Notes: generated from the letters alone by a model not told the origin. Shown: positions 25,501 to 37,609, numbered from the stretch's first letter. The stretch is DNA of 64,000 nucleotides from Macrostomum hystrix (GCA_950097015.1 CATNEN010000038.1:27094001-27158000), one strand, 5' to 3'. A program made the numbers and translations.

Positions 25501-28500
25501 CACCTGTGCGCACTTGTTTAGCAAAACTTTGATCATCTGATCCGATCGTTCCATCTTAACTGCTCGAACTAGTTTTAGACCGATCGGTGGTAGCAGTTGC
25601 TGGGCTCTGCTCGGCGTCTTGCCGCTGCCCGTAGCTCCGCCAGCACCGCTGCCCGAGCTGGGGACTACCTTGAAGGGAGACTTGCCCTGAGGGTTCAAGT
25701 TAGTGGCGGCTTCAATATAGCAAGTAAGCAACTTAAATAGAAGCTAATCGAATAGATTAAAGAAAAGACTTAGTTATTCATGATTGCCTGAACAACTGGA
25801 AGAAGGGATCGAAGCTTATAACAATGGCCTGAACAACTGGAAGAAGGTCTGAAAGCTTTTAACAATGGCCTGAACAACTGGAAGAAGGGATCGAAGCTTA
25901 TAACAATGGCCTGAACAACTGGAAGAAGGGATTGAAGCTTATAACAATGGCCTAAACAACAAGGTCTGAAAGCTAATAACAATGTCTTGAACAACTGGGA
26001 GGTCTTAAAGCTTAGTACAAAATGGCCTGAACAACTGAAATTTACCTTCAAGTCAAACAGTGTCATCTGCTTGAGCTTTTTTCCACCAGCTGGCGACAAT
26101 CCGCTGCCGCCGTCTTTGCGCTTCTTAGTCGAGCCTCCGGTTGCAGTTGCAGCGTCGCCGTTAGCCGCGGCAGCTGCAGTTGTAGGTGCGGCACTAGACT
26201 TTTTCGTTACTGGCAGGCCGTCGAGTTTTCTCATGGCGTCAATCTCAGATTCGACACTGTTTAGCATCACCTGGTGCTTATCCAATACTAGATCGGCAAT
26301 TTTTGGTCTGAGGCGATACTTCTTCACTAAATCTTCGTCAACAATCCAGGGCCCAGTGTTGTTCGCGCCGTAGCGAAGAGCGCTGGCTCGAATGAATAGG
26401 CGAATATTATCCTTGGATGGCATGCGTGTCTCCCGGCTAAAGTAACATTTCGTAGGGGCGATACCGTGGAATTGCAGAATGATACGATTCTAGCGATAAC
26501 TACTCAGAGTAGTGTAATTGGAGACACTTGTGAATTTAAATCACTTACACAATCTCGGTGGCCGGAACGCGAGAAATAACTTGGTCACCGTCCTCTAATT
26601 GAATAGCATAGGTGTAGGGTAGCTGGAAAGAGTGTAAAATAGTGACTCATAAATTCAACTATTCATTGGTTTAAAATAGTACGACAATTGTGGCAGGCCA
26701 TACTTGTCTACAATCTTAAAATCTTGGAGAATGGCTTTCCTGAAGCTAGGATATGAGAGAATTAATAATTTGAAAGGCAGCTTGACACATCTGAGGGTCT
26801 AGAAGGATGCCTGACCCAATCTGAGGATCTGGAAGGGACCCTGACCTAATCTGAGGATCTGTGAGGGTGCCTGACCCAATCTGAGGATCTGTGAGGGTGC
26901 CTGACCCAATCTGAGGATCTGTGAGGGTGCCTGACCCAATCTGAGGATCTGTGAGGGTGCCTGACCTAATCTGAGGATCTGGGAGGGTTCCTGACCCAAT
27001 CTGAGGATCTGTGAGGGTGCCTGACCCAATCTGAGGATCTGTGAGGGTGCCTGACCTAATCTGAGGATCTGGGAGGGTTCCTGACCCAATCTGAGGATCT
27101 GTGAGGGTGCCTGACCCAATCTGAGGATCTGGGAGGATGCCTGACCTAATCTGAGGATCTGGGAGGGTGCCTGACCCAATCTGAGGATCTGGGAGGGTGC
27201 CTGACCCAATCTGAGGATCTGGGAGGATGCCTGACCTAATCTGAGGATCTGGGAGGGTGCCTGACCCAATCTGAGGATCTGGGAGGGTGCCTGACCCAAT
27301 CTGAGGATCTGGGAGGGTGCCTGACCCAATCTGAGGATCTGTGAGGGTGCCTGATTACTCTGAGAATCTGGTAAGTTGTCAGCACTAACTTTAAAAGATA
27401 TCAATAAATTGGAACCTCACCAGAGCAACCTTATGCGATGGCGACTTATTTTTGTTCTCTTTATCTTGGCCGGGCGACTCAGACTTTTTATCAGCTGGAG
27501 TTGTCGCAGTCGAGCTTGCAGAGTCTCCGGCCGTGGCGGCAGCCATCGACTCTGAAGCTGCAGCGGGAGCATCATCGACCTTTTTCGGCGATGATGACGC
27601 AGAAGCGGACACAGCAGCAGCAGCAGCGTTATTGTGACTGCTACCGTTAGAAGCGGTAGAATCTGCCGCAGCAGAAGAAGACGATCCAGCAGCTGCTGAG
27701 GTGGCCTGCTGAGGTAGAGGCACTTCGTCTTTGCGATAGATGGTGCCCTTAACGCTAGATTTATAAGGTAGCGAGTGAAAAAGACAAATAGATAAGTTGG
27801 TTGCGATTGATTTAATATTTAATAGATTTAGACATAGTGGCATACTCACACTTTATCGCGAACTTTATTCCTCAGATAGACTGGCTCGTCAACGTAGTAT
27901 TCCTGGTGCAATTTACGGTAGACTCTATTAACCGCGTTGTCAATGTTGTCAGTGCCTGGAAAATTGTTATTAAATTAATAGTATTGAATTATTATTTAGT
28001 CTAGATAAGGCCCTTTAAACCGATATCTGACACACGTTGCAAACAACCTTGAACACCACCTCGCTGAAACTCTTAAAAGCAACCTTGCTGAAGACACCTT
28101 TGAAGGCCATCCTTCTGACACTCTTCAAGGCCATCATGCTGACACTGTTCAAAAGGCCATCATGCTGACACTCTTCAAGGCCATCATGCTGACACTCTTC
28201 AAGGCCATCATGCTGACACTCTTCAAAAGGCCATCATGCTGACACTCTTCAAGGCCATCATGCTGACACTCTTCAAAAGGCCATCATGCTGACACTCTTC
28301 AAGGCCATCATGCTGACACTCTTCAAGGCCATCATGCTGACACTCTTCAAAAGGCCATCATGCTGACACTCTTCAAAAGGCCATCATGCTGACACTGTTC
28401 AAAAGGCCATCATGCTGACACTGTTCAAAAGGCCATCATGCTGACACTGTTCAAAAGGCCATCATGCTGACACTGTTCAAAAGGCCATCATGCTGACACT

Positions 28501-29024
28501 GTTCAAAAGGCCATCATGCTGACACTCTTCAAGGCCATCATGCTGATACTCTTCAAGGCCACTTAGCTTCCATCCTCCATGACGTCATGAGCCTTTCACC
28601 CCTTAAAGTGACATTTAAATCAAACCTAAAATTCCTCCCTAGAATATATTTTACAGTATAAAAACTCACTGTGATGCACTATTTCTAGGGCTGCTTGAAC
28701 GTAGAATTTTGGAAATAATTTCTTAAGCAACCGTTGACAGGATTTCTCAGATTTGACAGCCTCCTTGTAACTGAGGCTATTGCGACCTGTGCAACGACAT
28801 GTCCAGATGTGCTCTCCATAGATTCTTTTCTTTCGCTCAAATTCACCAGCGCTGCTGCAAATTTCCTGAGTTAATTCTACCACAAATTCGTGCTGCTGCT
28901 GCTGCTGCTGCTTGTTGGGCGAATCAGGAATAGGAGCTGTACTGCTCTGCGCTGTGCTAGGCCGCTTTCGTTCCTTCTTCACTTGTTGATTAAGCACATG
29001 AGGCCGCGTGCCCAGTAGCGGCAT
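16551..29024 (-). CDS. BAZ1B: BAZ1B/WSTF-like bromodomain-PHD chromatin-remodelling subunit, ~1784 aa. Exons 28670-29024, 27850-27955, 27421-27754, 26549-26622, 26046-26436, 25339-25686, 24603-25074, 23612-24219, 22940-23229, 20358-20847, 17741-18613, 16551-17564
   Basis: WAC domain (MPLLG...IWTCRCTGRNSLSYKEAVKSE); WSTF-type segments LPYTYAIQL...IRLFIRASALR...PWIVDEDLVKKY and KKLKQMTLFDL; DDT region (RRFED...AIMLAEF); WHIM motifs (KLSVLEQL, PLGRDRGHARYW, GVRESALK); two C4HC3 PHD fingers; bromodomain (AWPFVDPVDPADAPDYY...NATEYN). All 11 introns are GT-AG and phase-consistent (5355 nt). Confidence 0.92.
18748..20180. mobile_element. Non-autonomous DNA element family C carrying an internal ~55-bp dimeric minisatellite (19370-19960), in a BAZ1B intron
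   Basis: Collinear homology to 40958-41360 and 42030-42071 (gtgtctggtggca, gactcggacggct, gtggactttcacgaaaatcggtcatt...gtgggta). Confidence 0.7.
20893..22852. repeat. 22-23-bp minisatellite (gggatcaatgagatctaggaaYa), ~2 kb, in a BAZ1B intron
   Basis: About 85 tandem copies arranged in variant sub-domains. Confidence 0.95.
23275..23602. repeat. 20-bp minisatellite (cactaaagacRggctacaga) filling a BAZ1B intron
   Basis: About 16 copies, starting ~10 nt from the donor. Confidence 0.95.
24410..24540. repeat. ~21-bp degenerate repeat (aaccctaacaacctgaaccca)
   Basis: About 6 copies, intronic. Confidence 0.75.
25785..26040. repeat. ~41-bp minisatellite (aacaatggcctgaacaactggaagaagggatcgaagcttat)
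   Basis: About 6 copies next to the donor at 26045. Confidence 0.85.
26790..27372. repeat. 30-bp minisatellite (ctgacccaatctgaggatctgKgagggtgc)
   Basis: About 19 copies, intronic. Confidence 0.95.
28105..28561. repeat. 23/25-bp minisatellite (aggccatcatgctgacactcttca[aa])
   Basis: About 19 copies, intronic. Confidence 0.95.
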
Positions 29025-29478
29025 GGCTGAGATGCTCGAAATATAACTTTATATCAATGGCAATGTTTGTATCACCTGTTCGCTTTACTAGTGGATTATC
29101 TATTTACAGATGTCAATCTTGAAGCCTTTTAGCTAAAATATAAAGGAATGGTATATGGCTTTGAACGGCTTGGAAATAGAGTTATTTATGAGGCAAAACC
29201 ATACTTAGCTACTGTATGTGCTTACTTCAACAGTAGCTCAAAAGTGTATAATAATTAAGTAGTCAGTGTAAAAACTATTTCAATTGGAAAAAGTTAAAAA
29301 ACACATGAATTTTAGATTACATAATCTGATCAGTTAGTTTACTTTACTGAATTTCATGCATGTTTTTCTAAGCAGTTAAAAGCTTAATTAATGTTTTTAC
29401 AAAGCAAATTGAAGCCTAGAATAATAATATTACTTGATATAGGCTTTAAGTAGTTTGTATTATTATTTCAGACAAAAT

Positions 29479-29758
29479 CATACATGCGCAACCTCCCAAA
29501 TCTTAGCCGGCCTTGCGACTTAGTTTTTGCTCTCATTTGCGACTTAGTTCGTTTCATTGCTCTATTTACGACTTAGTTTGCTCTCATTTGCTCTCTTTTT
29601 CTCTCCCCTTTTTACTTTTCTTCACGCCTTCCTTTTTTGTCCCTTGGTCCCCCTTTGATTTTTTTGTGCTTGGTCGATTGGTTTTTGTGACTTACCTTGC
29701 TTGGCCCTTGTTTCACCCGGCCGGTTCGGCCGGGTCGGCCAGGTGTTGCGCATGTATG
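29479..29758. mobile_element. MITE with 14-bp TIR CATACATGCGCAAC and 8-bp TSD (hAT/P-like)
   Basis: TIRs at both ends; TSD gacaaaat at 29471-29478 and 29759-29766. Confidence 0.92.
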
Positions 29759-30108
29759 GACAAAATATTATTAAATTGACTTGAATTTCATTTTTTAGAG
29801 GTTGTAAACCTATCTATGTCTGATTGAATGTTTGGTAGTAAATGTCAAATAGTATTAAAAAGTCAATTCTATAAGCTCAGTGCCAGAATGCATAAAAGAC
29901 ACAGATTTATGTTGTTGCAACAGAGTGAAGTGACAATGAAGACTGTAATACAAATGAGAGGTAAATATAAATACAAAACTATAAAGAATTGTAATCAATA
30001 GATCACTTTGATAGTTAGCTAAATTGATGCTTTAGTCATTTTTTCAGCTAAAAGTTGTTTGCTCTGTGAGGCTTACCTAAAAAGAACTTAGTGGCTATTT
30101 ATGGGGCA

Positions 30109-30171
30109 CATACCTGCGCAACCTCCCAAATCTTAGCCAGCCGTGCGACTTAGTTTTTGCTCTCATTTGCA
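30109..30171. mobile_element. 5' fragment of the same MITE
   Basis: catacctgcgcaacctcccaaatcttagcc...ctctcatttgc matches the left end of 29479. Confidence 0.8.
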
Positions 30172-30290
30172 TTGTTATCTTTGTTATCTACAATACACAA
30201 ATTTTACATCTGATTTGTCATGCAGAAATGTCATATAAAATCAGGGTGAAAAATTCTAATCACAGAAAGGCAAATTAATTAAGACAGATA

Positions 30291-30530
30291 CATACATGTG
30301 CAACCTCCCAAATCTTAGCTGGTCATGCGACTTAGTTTTTGCTCTATTTATGACTTAGTTTGCTCTCAGTTGCTCTATTTTTCTCCCCTTTTTCCTCTTC
30401 TTCACACCTTCCTTTTTTGTCCCTTGGTCCCCCCTTTGATTTTTTTGCGCTTTGTTGATTGGTTTTTGCGACTTACCTTGCTTGGCCCTCGTTTCACCCG
30501 GCCGGTTTGGCCGAGTGTTGCGCATGTATG
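30291..30530. mobile_element. Second full copy of the CATACATGCGCAAC MITE
   Basis: TIRs; TSD gacagata / gacagaga (7 of 8 match). Confidence 0.9.
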
Positions 30531-32582
30531 GACAGAGATAGGCCTAACTTTTTGTTTCAGAAAAGTATGAATTTCGGTCTTGTTTAAAAATAAACTATTT
30601 TATAGATTAGCAATAGTTACTAAGCAGGCCTCCGTAACTTTAAAATAATTTTAAAAAATTTGCTAGCTAAATAATCTTTTATAAAAGCTATCACTTTATA
30701 AAGCTTGAGCTTTAGCCTTATTATGGGAAAGTTTCTGGGAAAACCCCCAATTTCATATCCTTAACAGCAAAAGAAAAATCTAACTACATAATGGCTCAAG
30801 ACAATAGGGAAACCGCTGAAGCTTTAGCAAAATACATCATAGGGCCTACAATCATACAAAATACATCTTATTTTTAATACATTTGCTTTCCATTCCCAGC
30901 TCGATATTTGATTCCTACTAGGCCTAAACTTCGCTTTTTATGTTGCTTTTCGTTGTTCATTTAAATGTGTTGTTAAAAAATATATATAAAAAAAATCAGC
31001 ACCCATAGATGGCGTGCGCATTTTAATAATAATAATTATTATTATAAGTATACTTGGAGTCTTAATTATGTTCAAACCTACAATATTCAGATTCAATGGA
31101 AAAGGTAGGGCCTAAGAAAACTAGATTAGAATTAGATAGACCATATTTTGTGTTCAGAACTTTAGAATACTCTTAGTTTGAATAACCCTTGCTAAATTGC
31201 TATTGCCATTTCAATCCCATGCAGGTTTATAAAACTCTATTCACTAGGTCTATCTAGGCCCTATTAAACACTTTTACACTTAGCTGAATGATTAATTTAA
31301 ATGTCAAGAACTATAAGCCTGTTAAGTACAATTGCAAAAGAAATTTTACAATGCAGCTACAAGAAGACTACAAATGTTACAAACTGCCAGACCACCACAA
31401 CCTGTTTTTTCATAGGGCCTAGCCATAGGCATAGGGCCAAGTCATAAAGATCGGCCCAACTATTATAGTATAGGCTTATACTAGGCCTAGGCCCATGTTA
31501 AATCTTAGGCCTATTAGGCCTAACTTATTAAAATACTTTTCGGATATGCCTGATTAAACAGTTAAGAGACAACGTGTATACTAAGTTTTTGATTTTGCTA
31601 AATGAAATTATATTAATGAAAAAAAGACTAGATGCTGTCAATCAATCGATCTCTTAAAAATCGTCACACTTCATCATAGCCATACCGGCCAAATAAGTAA
31701 CCATTCAAACTTGTGATTAACTAAAACAATACATCATAGTAACATATTTTTTTCGTTTTCTTATTGTGGCGAATATGGATTACTATTGATTTATTAGTTA
31801 TTCAGGGGCTACTTATGGGACGCCATTTCACAAATATTGATCCTAATGTAATAAATTAATTGCAAAACGTGATGGCATAGACAAAAAAATCGTCAGAAGA
31901 CTTTAGACCCGCTACGAATTTGCTTAAAGATTAACAGGGGAAAAAGCTTCGAAGAATGACAAAAAATGACGTCTGATAACAAAAAATTCTCATAGAGCAG
32001 AAAGTTTCAGCGGTCGATAATTTTTGTGTATCAACAAAAAGCTAAAAAATTCTGAACAAAATTTTAATATTTGAATATATTGTAATGTATAACAAATTTA
32101 TTACGCTTTTACATCAAATTGTACAAGAAAATAAATCTAAATTGCGTCAAATTATCAAATGATAAAATACAAACTGCAAAGATTTTTGATAGCTCAAAAA
32201 CTAGACTTTCAATAGAATTTTTTAAGATTCAACACTTGCATTCTCAGCCGAAAAACGTGATCCATCATGCAGCACTATTCCTCATCGCAGGTCAAGTGCA
32301 CAATATTAGACTCGCTAATATTGACAAAAACCATAAGGGGCGCATTTGATTATTTGCTTCTATGGCTTTGTGCATACTATTTCCTTTAGAATCTGTAGTA
32401 TCCTTGCAAATAACGAACACTGCAGAGGCTCCGTGTAGTAGAGTTATAGTTGAAACGGATGTGCGCCGATAGCAAGCACTCGGCAATAGATTTGCTTGAA
32501 GCGTGTATTTGTAGTAGTCTGGGCTAGCAATAATAGCTGGAGGACCCCAAAGGAGTTTTGGTTATGACTGCGCGTGGAGTTT

Positions 32583-33112
32583 CTATTTATAGGCGGGAGC
32601 GCGAGTGGGGGAACTTTCCAGATGGATACCATATACAATATACATGGCACGCGCGCACACGAGATCGAAGGGTCGAGAAGATTCTGGAATAAACAAATGA
32701 ACTCATACATTATAACAAATGAGGGAAGTTTCTAGAAACTTCCAGAATAATTGCACGATCGCCATAACAGATTCATGTGAAAAAAATAATGTTAATAGTC
32801 TAATAAGAGTCACAAAACTGATGTTAAAATACAGTGCAAGTGAACGCAGCTCCTATTTATGATAAACTTTGGATAAAAAACTACAAAACCATGCAAGATG
32901 TTTGTCTGAACACTCAGTTACAATATAATCTCTCACAACACGTAAGTATTGAACGCTAAAACTTAACAAAAAAGAAATGAACTAATGAAATGTGTAAGAG
33001 AAAAAAAATGGTTGTGTATTGCAAATACGCACATACATATATACGTGTACTCCGTGTAGGGAATATATAGTTCGGGGTTTCTAGAAACGTTCTTCCCCCG
33101 CGCGTATAAATA
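32583..33112. promoter_or_regulatory. Divergent heat-shock promoter: HSE clusters flanked by outward-facing TATA boxes
   Basis: Perfect 5-unit HSE GAAgtTTCtaGAAacTTCcaGAA (32725-32747); GAAggGTCgaGAAgaTTCtgGAA (32667-32689); GAActTTCcaGAT (32611-32623); TTCtaGAA (33079-33086); TATAAATA on - strand at 32591-32584 and on + strand at 33105-33112. Confidence 0.8.
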
Positions 33113-33999
33113 TACGACCCCTCCCTTACTCCTATATTGGCCAAGTATTCCTTTTCACGCCTACTTACAAACTTGGCTCTTTGTTCCAGTCAACCAGTAG
33201 TGCCACTGGTACAAGTATAAATCACTTGTGTTTCTGTGTGAATTATTTCCACAACAGAACAGGTTGCAACCAATTTACTCATAGCGAAGAATTGGATCAA
33301 TCAATAATAGCAAACCGACTGTAGTAAATCTGCATACGGCGGAGTCGGGCTGATGCAAGCATTCGACCTCAGTACATATTCAAGAACACAATGCCAACGC
33401 TAGCCAGTTCCAGCTCAGAAAGGTCTGCCTTCTCGCCGAGCCCACGCCCTGGGCGACGTGGCAGCTGTGCCGCATTCTCCATCTGCATCCAGAACCCTGT
33501 CAGATATTTTCATCTATCTTGCGCCCGTGTGTTTTTTCAAGTGTTCGCTCATAAACGGATAGTTTCAAATTTTTATGCGTGCACATATGCGTGTGTTTGC
33601 ATGAGAATGGTGAGTTTAGGCTAACAAATATAATCGAAAGAGCCTGCATGGCTTCTTCACGCGTCGCACGGAGAGGCCCATGCAGTTTTCCTGAATAAAA
33701 CCTTTTCCGCGCTCATAATAAGGGAAAATTCTTCTGCATACACTAAGCTTCCACCTTCTACACTACGCTTCAAATTTGCATGTGAGCCGTGTTTTCTATT
33801 TGTTTAAACATTTGACTGTAAATTATCGACTACCTGGAGCCTTGAAAAATATCTCCTTGGCTTCGGATGCAGTTGGTTATTGCAGGCTACAAATATATAT
33901 ACAAATAAATGGAGCCGTTGGAAAGTTAAAACCAAAGCCAGAGCGCTTAAAGAAGCCATAGTGCCGATTCTTCCAAGTCCCCTGCATGCTTATATCCCC

Positions 34000-34945
34000 A
34001 TGGCTATATCAATCCTGTTACGTAGGTAAGGCGCAAAACGCATCGAACTGCATGCTTCGGCATGGTTTCTGCATTTTTTCTTTTGAATGGGCAATTAAAG
34101 GCCAAAAATAAATCAATTCTTTTACAGGACATCGATTCACTATAAACACCTTTCAGGTTTTCCGAGCACTCATCCAGACTGACGTACAAGCGAGTTTTTC
34201 AATGCTTTCTGCTGCTTTGCCTGAGTGCCGCTGCTGCGACCATCTGCGCATCTCCAAAGGCATCATTTACTGAAATCGTTGCTGCTGACTGTGTGAGCGC
34301 CGACTTCACGAAGCTCATGCAGGGCTCATGCGATCCTCTGTCCTGCAGCCTCAAGTGCGCCGACACACCGAAGTGCATGGCCTTCACACTGCCCGGAGGC
34401 GCATGTCTCTGCAAGCTGTTCCTGTTCGATCGGTGCAGCCATCGAGTGCAGTCAGAGGTCAACTGCACCAACAAGGTGACTGTGTATGTGAAATCAGTGG
34501 CCGGTGTGTTGGCGGGTAGCCTGTGTCCACCCGGATACACGTTCGCTCGATTCGGCACCTCCTACAAGGTGTCTGCCTCGCCTGCTCTCAACTGGACCGA
34601 CGCCCTCGCCAAGTGCAGTCAGGAGGTAGGACTGACAAAGTTCGCTGACGCTCTGGACGCCGATGAGTCGTGGCATCTGATGTGGATCAAAAACGTGTCC
34701 CATGCTCCAGTCGTGAGCCTGTTCCTCGGTGGTCACCAGATCTCGGGGTCGGCAAGCATGACGCATGGCTGGATCTGGGAGGCTTGCAACGTGAGCATCA
34801 GCCCTGACGTCTGGGAGCCGGGCAGGCCGAACCATGGACTGCCCAGGGCTGCGCGAGTCTGGCTAGCGCGCACAAGACGGGCGTCGACGATGTTCAATGC
34901 GGATATAGTTTTAAGTATTTATGCGAGTGTCTGAGTGTGTTTTGA
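34000..34945 (+). CDS. Secreted PAN/apple + C-type lectin domain protein (exons 34000-34025, 34157-34945), with an apparent frameshift near 34840
   Basis: Phase-2 intron AG|GTAAGG...TTTCAG|G; hydrophobic signal FQCFLLLCLSAAAAT; PAN-like CSLKCADTPKCMAF; CTLD CPPGY...NWTDALAKC...FLGG...WIW...WEPGRPN; the expected C-terminus (GCASL...VDDVQCGYSFKYLCE) lies in a shifted frame. Confidence 0.75.
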
Positions 34946-35214
34946 GTCGTCGAGATGATCAAGCAATAACATTTTCGAATGAATCAGAAGTTCGAGCAAA
35001 CAGCAAAAAAACTAATTTATTTCAAAATTTTATGGCTATCAATAGATAGATATCTAGAAAATATTAAGAAAACAAACTGAAATAAAACTAAAAACAAAGC
35101 TGCGAAATGGATTTTCTTATTCTCATCCTCCTTTTCTGGGTTCATCTTGTTAAGACTTAATTGGTCTTGTCCGCTTCCCAGCTCAAAATGGTGGACCTGA
35201 TTGACGTTAAGTCT

Positions 35215-37230
35215 TATGTGTGTGTGCTAGCCCCGGCTACTGGTGCTGCCCTGGCCATTGGGACTCGCCCGGATCCAGCGTTTCGATGAGTTAGATCACG
35301 TCTCTGGGGATTCTCTAGAGCTAGTTTGATCGTTTGATAGATCGTCGGATTGGTCAAAGTCGGCTCGGCTTACAGTTGAGCCGTGGTTTCGTCAGCGATG
35401 CTACGTCGCGAACAAGAAGGAGTAGAACAAGACACTCTGGCTTCAAGCTTGGCTTTGTACGTGGCCAACAGCCTGCAGTGCCCCAAACGGAGCTGAGAAG
35501 ATATCGATGCACCTCGCTTGCCGAGACAGGTGTCGTTCCGCCTCGCTGATATGGCCGGAGGAGGCGCTCCAAAAACTGGGTTCGGGTTGGCGTTACGAAG
35601 CTGATGCTGAACAACGATAGAATGAACCTGCGTAAGCGCGCCACGGTTGATTCCCGATTCGGTGGCAGGCAGAAGGCCTGTTCCTGGCATGCTCATGAAA
35701 CCTGAGCAGCGGGTCGAACGCTTCTCTCAGAATCTTGGGGTTCGTGGTGTTATAGTCTACTCGAGTTCCATTGACCTTGATATCCGAGACGGCGCGTAAT
35801 TTAGAAGCACTGCTGGTGAAAATTGTCGCCGTGGATTTGCCAGGCGAGAGAGACAGATGCCTATCAGATAGGCCGGTAGCTGGCTGATGGTGGAAGCCCG
35901 AGTACCAATAGCAATGTCCTCTGTGTATCCACGTAGATGGAGATTCCGTATCGATGACGTAGATGTAGAAGATGAAGAGCAAAGAAGAGAGAAATGTCCC
36001 TTGCGAAATTCCTGCGCATAATGCTCTGAACCTGGAAGTTTTATCACGAAACTCAACACGCTTGCATGGACCGCTAAGATACGCATGCGTGAGAGAACCA
36101 GGGCTCTAGGCAGATTCGTGTGGAGAAGCATATTGCACAGTAGGCTGTGATTCACCTCATCGAAGGCATTTAGAAGATCAAGAGCGACAACCAAGGTGCA
36201 CAGCTAGAGTGCAGGTTTAGATTGTTTGAGCCCAACACGATGATGAAGTTGGTGAGACCGAGGAGAGCAGCGGTCGTCGACCGTCCTGGTCTGAAGCCAT
36301 TTCTCCTGTGGACTTCTCCAAAATTTTAACAGCCGGAGAAAGGATAGAGACGGGCCTATAAGAGGATGCCATGGTGATGGCTTCTTTGCCCCGTTTGAGG
36401 GATCACTTTAGCCGTGGTCAACGTGGCTGAAAAGACAGTGCACCCGGTGCAGAGGTTCAGCAGAAAAACGCCAGGCCTTTGGGTCCGAGGTGCTAGACGC
36501 AGGGGTCGGCAAACTTATTAGCTAGCGGGCCAGAAAGAGAACCTAAAAGACGACAGCGGGCCGCGCAGACTGTAGAAATCTAAGAGAAAAATATCAGAGA
36601 TAGGGGAGAGATGAGAAACAGGAGAGATGAGAGAGAGAAGAGATGAGACACGAGAGAGATAAGGCAAAGGAGAGGTAAGGTACGGGAGAGACGAGACAAT
36701 GGCGAGATGAGACACTGGATAGATGAGACACGGGAGAGACGAGACATGGGAGAGATGACATACGGGAGAGATGAGACATGGGAGAGATGACATACGGGAG
36801 AGATGAGACACGGGAGAGATAAGACACAGGAGAGGTGAGACAAAGGAGAGACAAGACACGGGAGAGACGAGACAAAGGAGAGATGACATCGGGAGAGATG
36901 GAGACACGGGAGAGATAAGACACAGGAGAAGTGAGACAAAGGAGAGACAAGGCACGGAACAGACGAGACAATGGAGAGATAACACACGGGAGAGGTGACA
37001 CACGGGAGAGATGAGACAGGGGGAAAGGCGACACACGGGAGAGATGAGGCAGGGGAAAGATGAAACTGTATACAACAGGTGTTGGAAGGTGCAACGGGCC
37101 GGATTTGGGAGCTTTGAGGGCCGCATCTGGCCCGCGGGCCGGAGTTTGCCGACCCCTGTGCTAGAGCATGATGGGACAGAACCCGTCCAGTCCTAGCTTA
37201 GAGGCCTGAGAGGCAGGAGCAACTGTATTC
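35215..37230 (-). mobile_element. Decayed non-LTR retrotransposon reverse-transcriptase region, interrupted by a hAT MITE
   Basis: Fragmented motifs YRPVSILS, GFRPGRSTTAAL, VVALDLLNAFDEVNH, GISQG..LSSLLFIFY, YTEDIAI, LSLSPGKST, PKIL...FDPLLRF, with stops and frameshifts. Confidence 0.85.
36500..37158. mobile_element. hAT/Charlie-like MITE (TIR CAGGGGTCGGCAAACT) containing a GAGAT-rich minisatellite
   Basis: 16-bp perfect TIRs; flanks tgctaga(c)g / tgctagag approximate an 8-bp TSD with a CTAG core. Confidence 0.9.
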
Positions 37231-37609
37231 CATGGACTACTAAATACTCAGCTTTTAGTATCAATCAGCCTTGTGATTTCCAAGTGCTTCCGATTCATAT
37301 AATAGAACAGTTTTAATTGCAATAAAATCCGGGGTGAAAATGACACTCTCAGATATCAGAAATACAGAGTACGAGTAATTGCCATTTGATATCCAATTTA
37401 TTTCAAAGAACTTCGCGACTCCTCGACCAGCTAACAAATTAGCAGCATTCTGACTAGTGATTTGATTCTAGACTCAAAGCATGCAGGTATCACTTAGCCA
37501 TATTAATATTAGAAGACACATTGTCTAGCCTTCATCTTTCTTTCCAAAGCAGCAGCTCGAGACAAAATTATAAACATTCCGAGCTGCTGCTTTGTTTTGC
37601 AAGCAAATG

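Noticed and set aside
32230-32305. Box C/D snoRNA on the - strand (GCGATGA...CTGA)
   Set aside because: Imperfect C box and only ~45 nt between boxes
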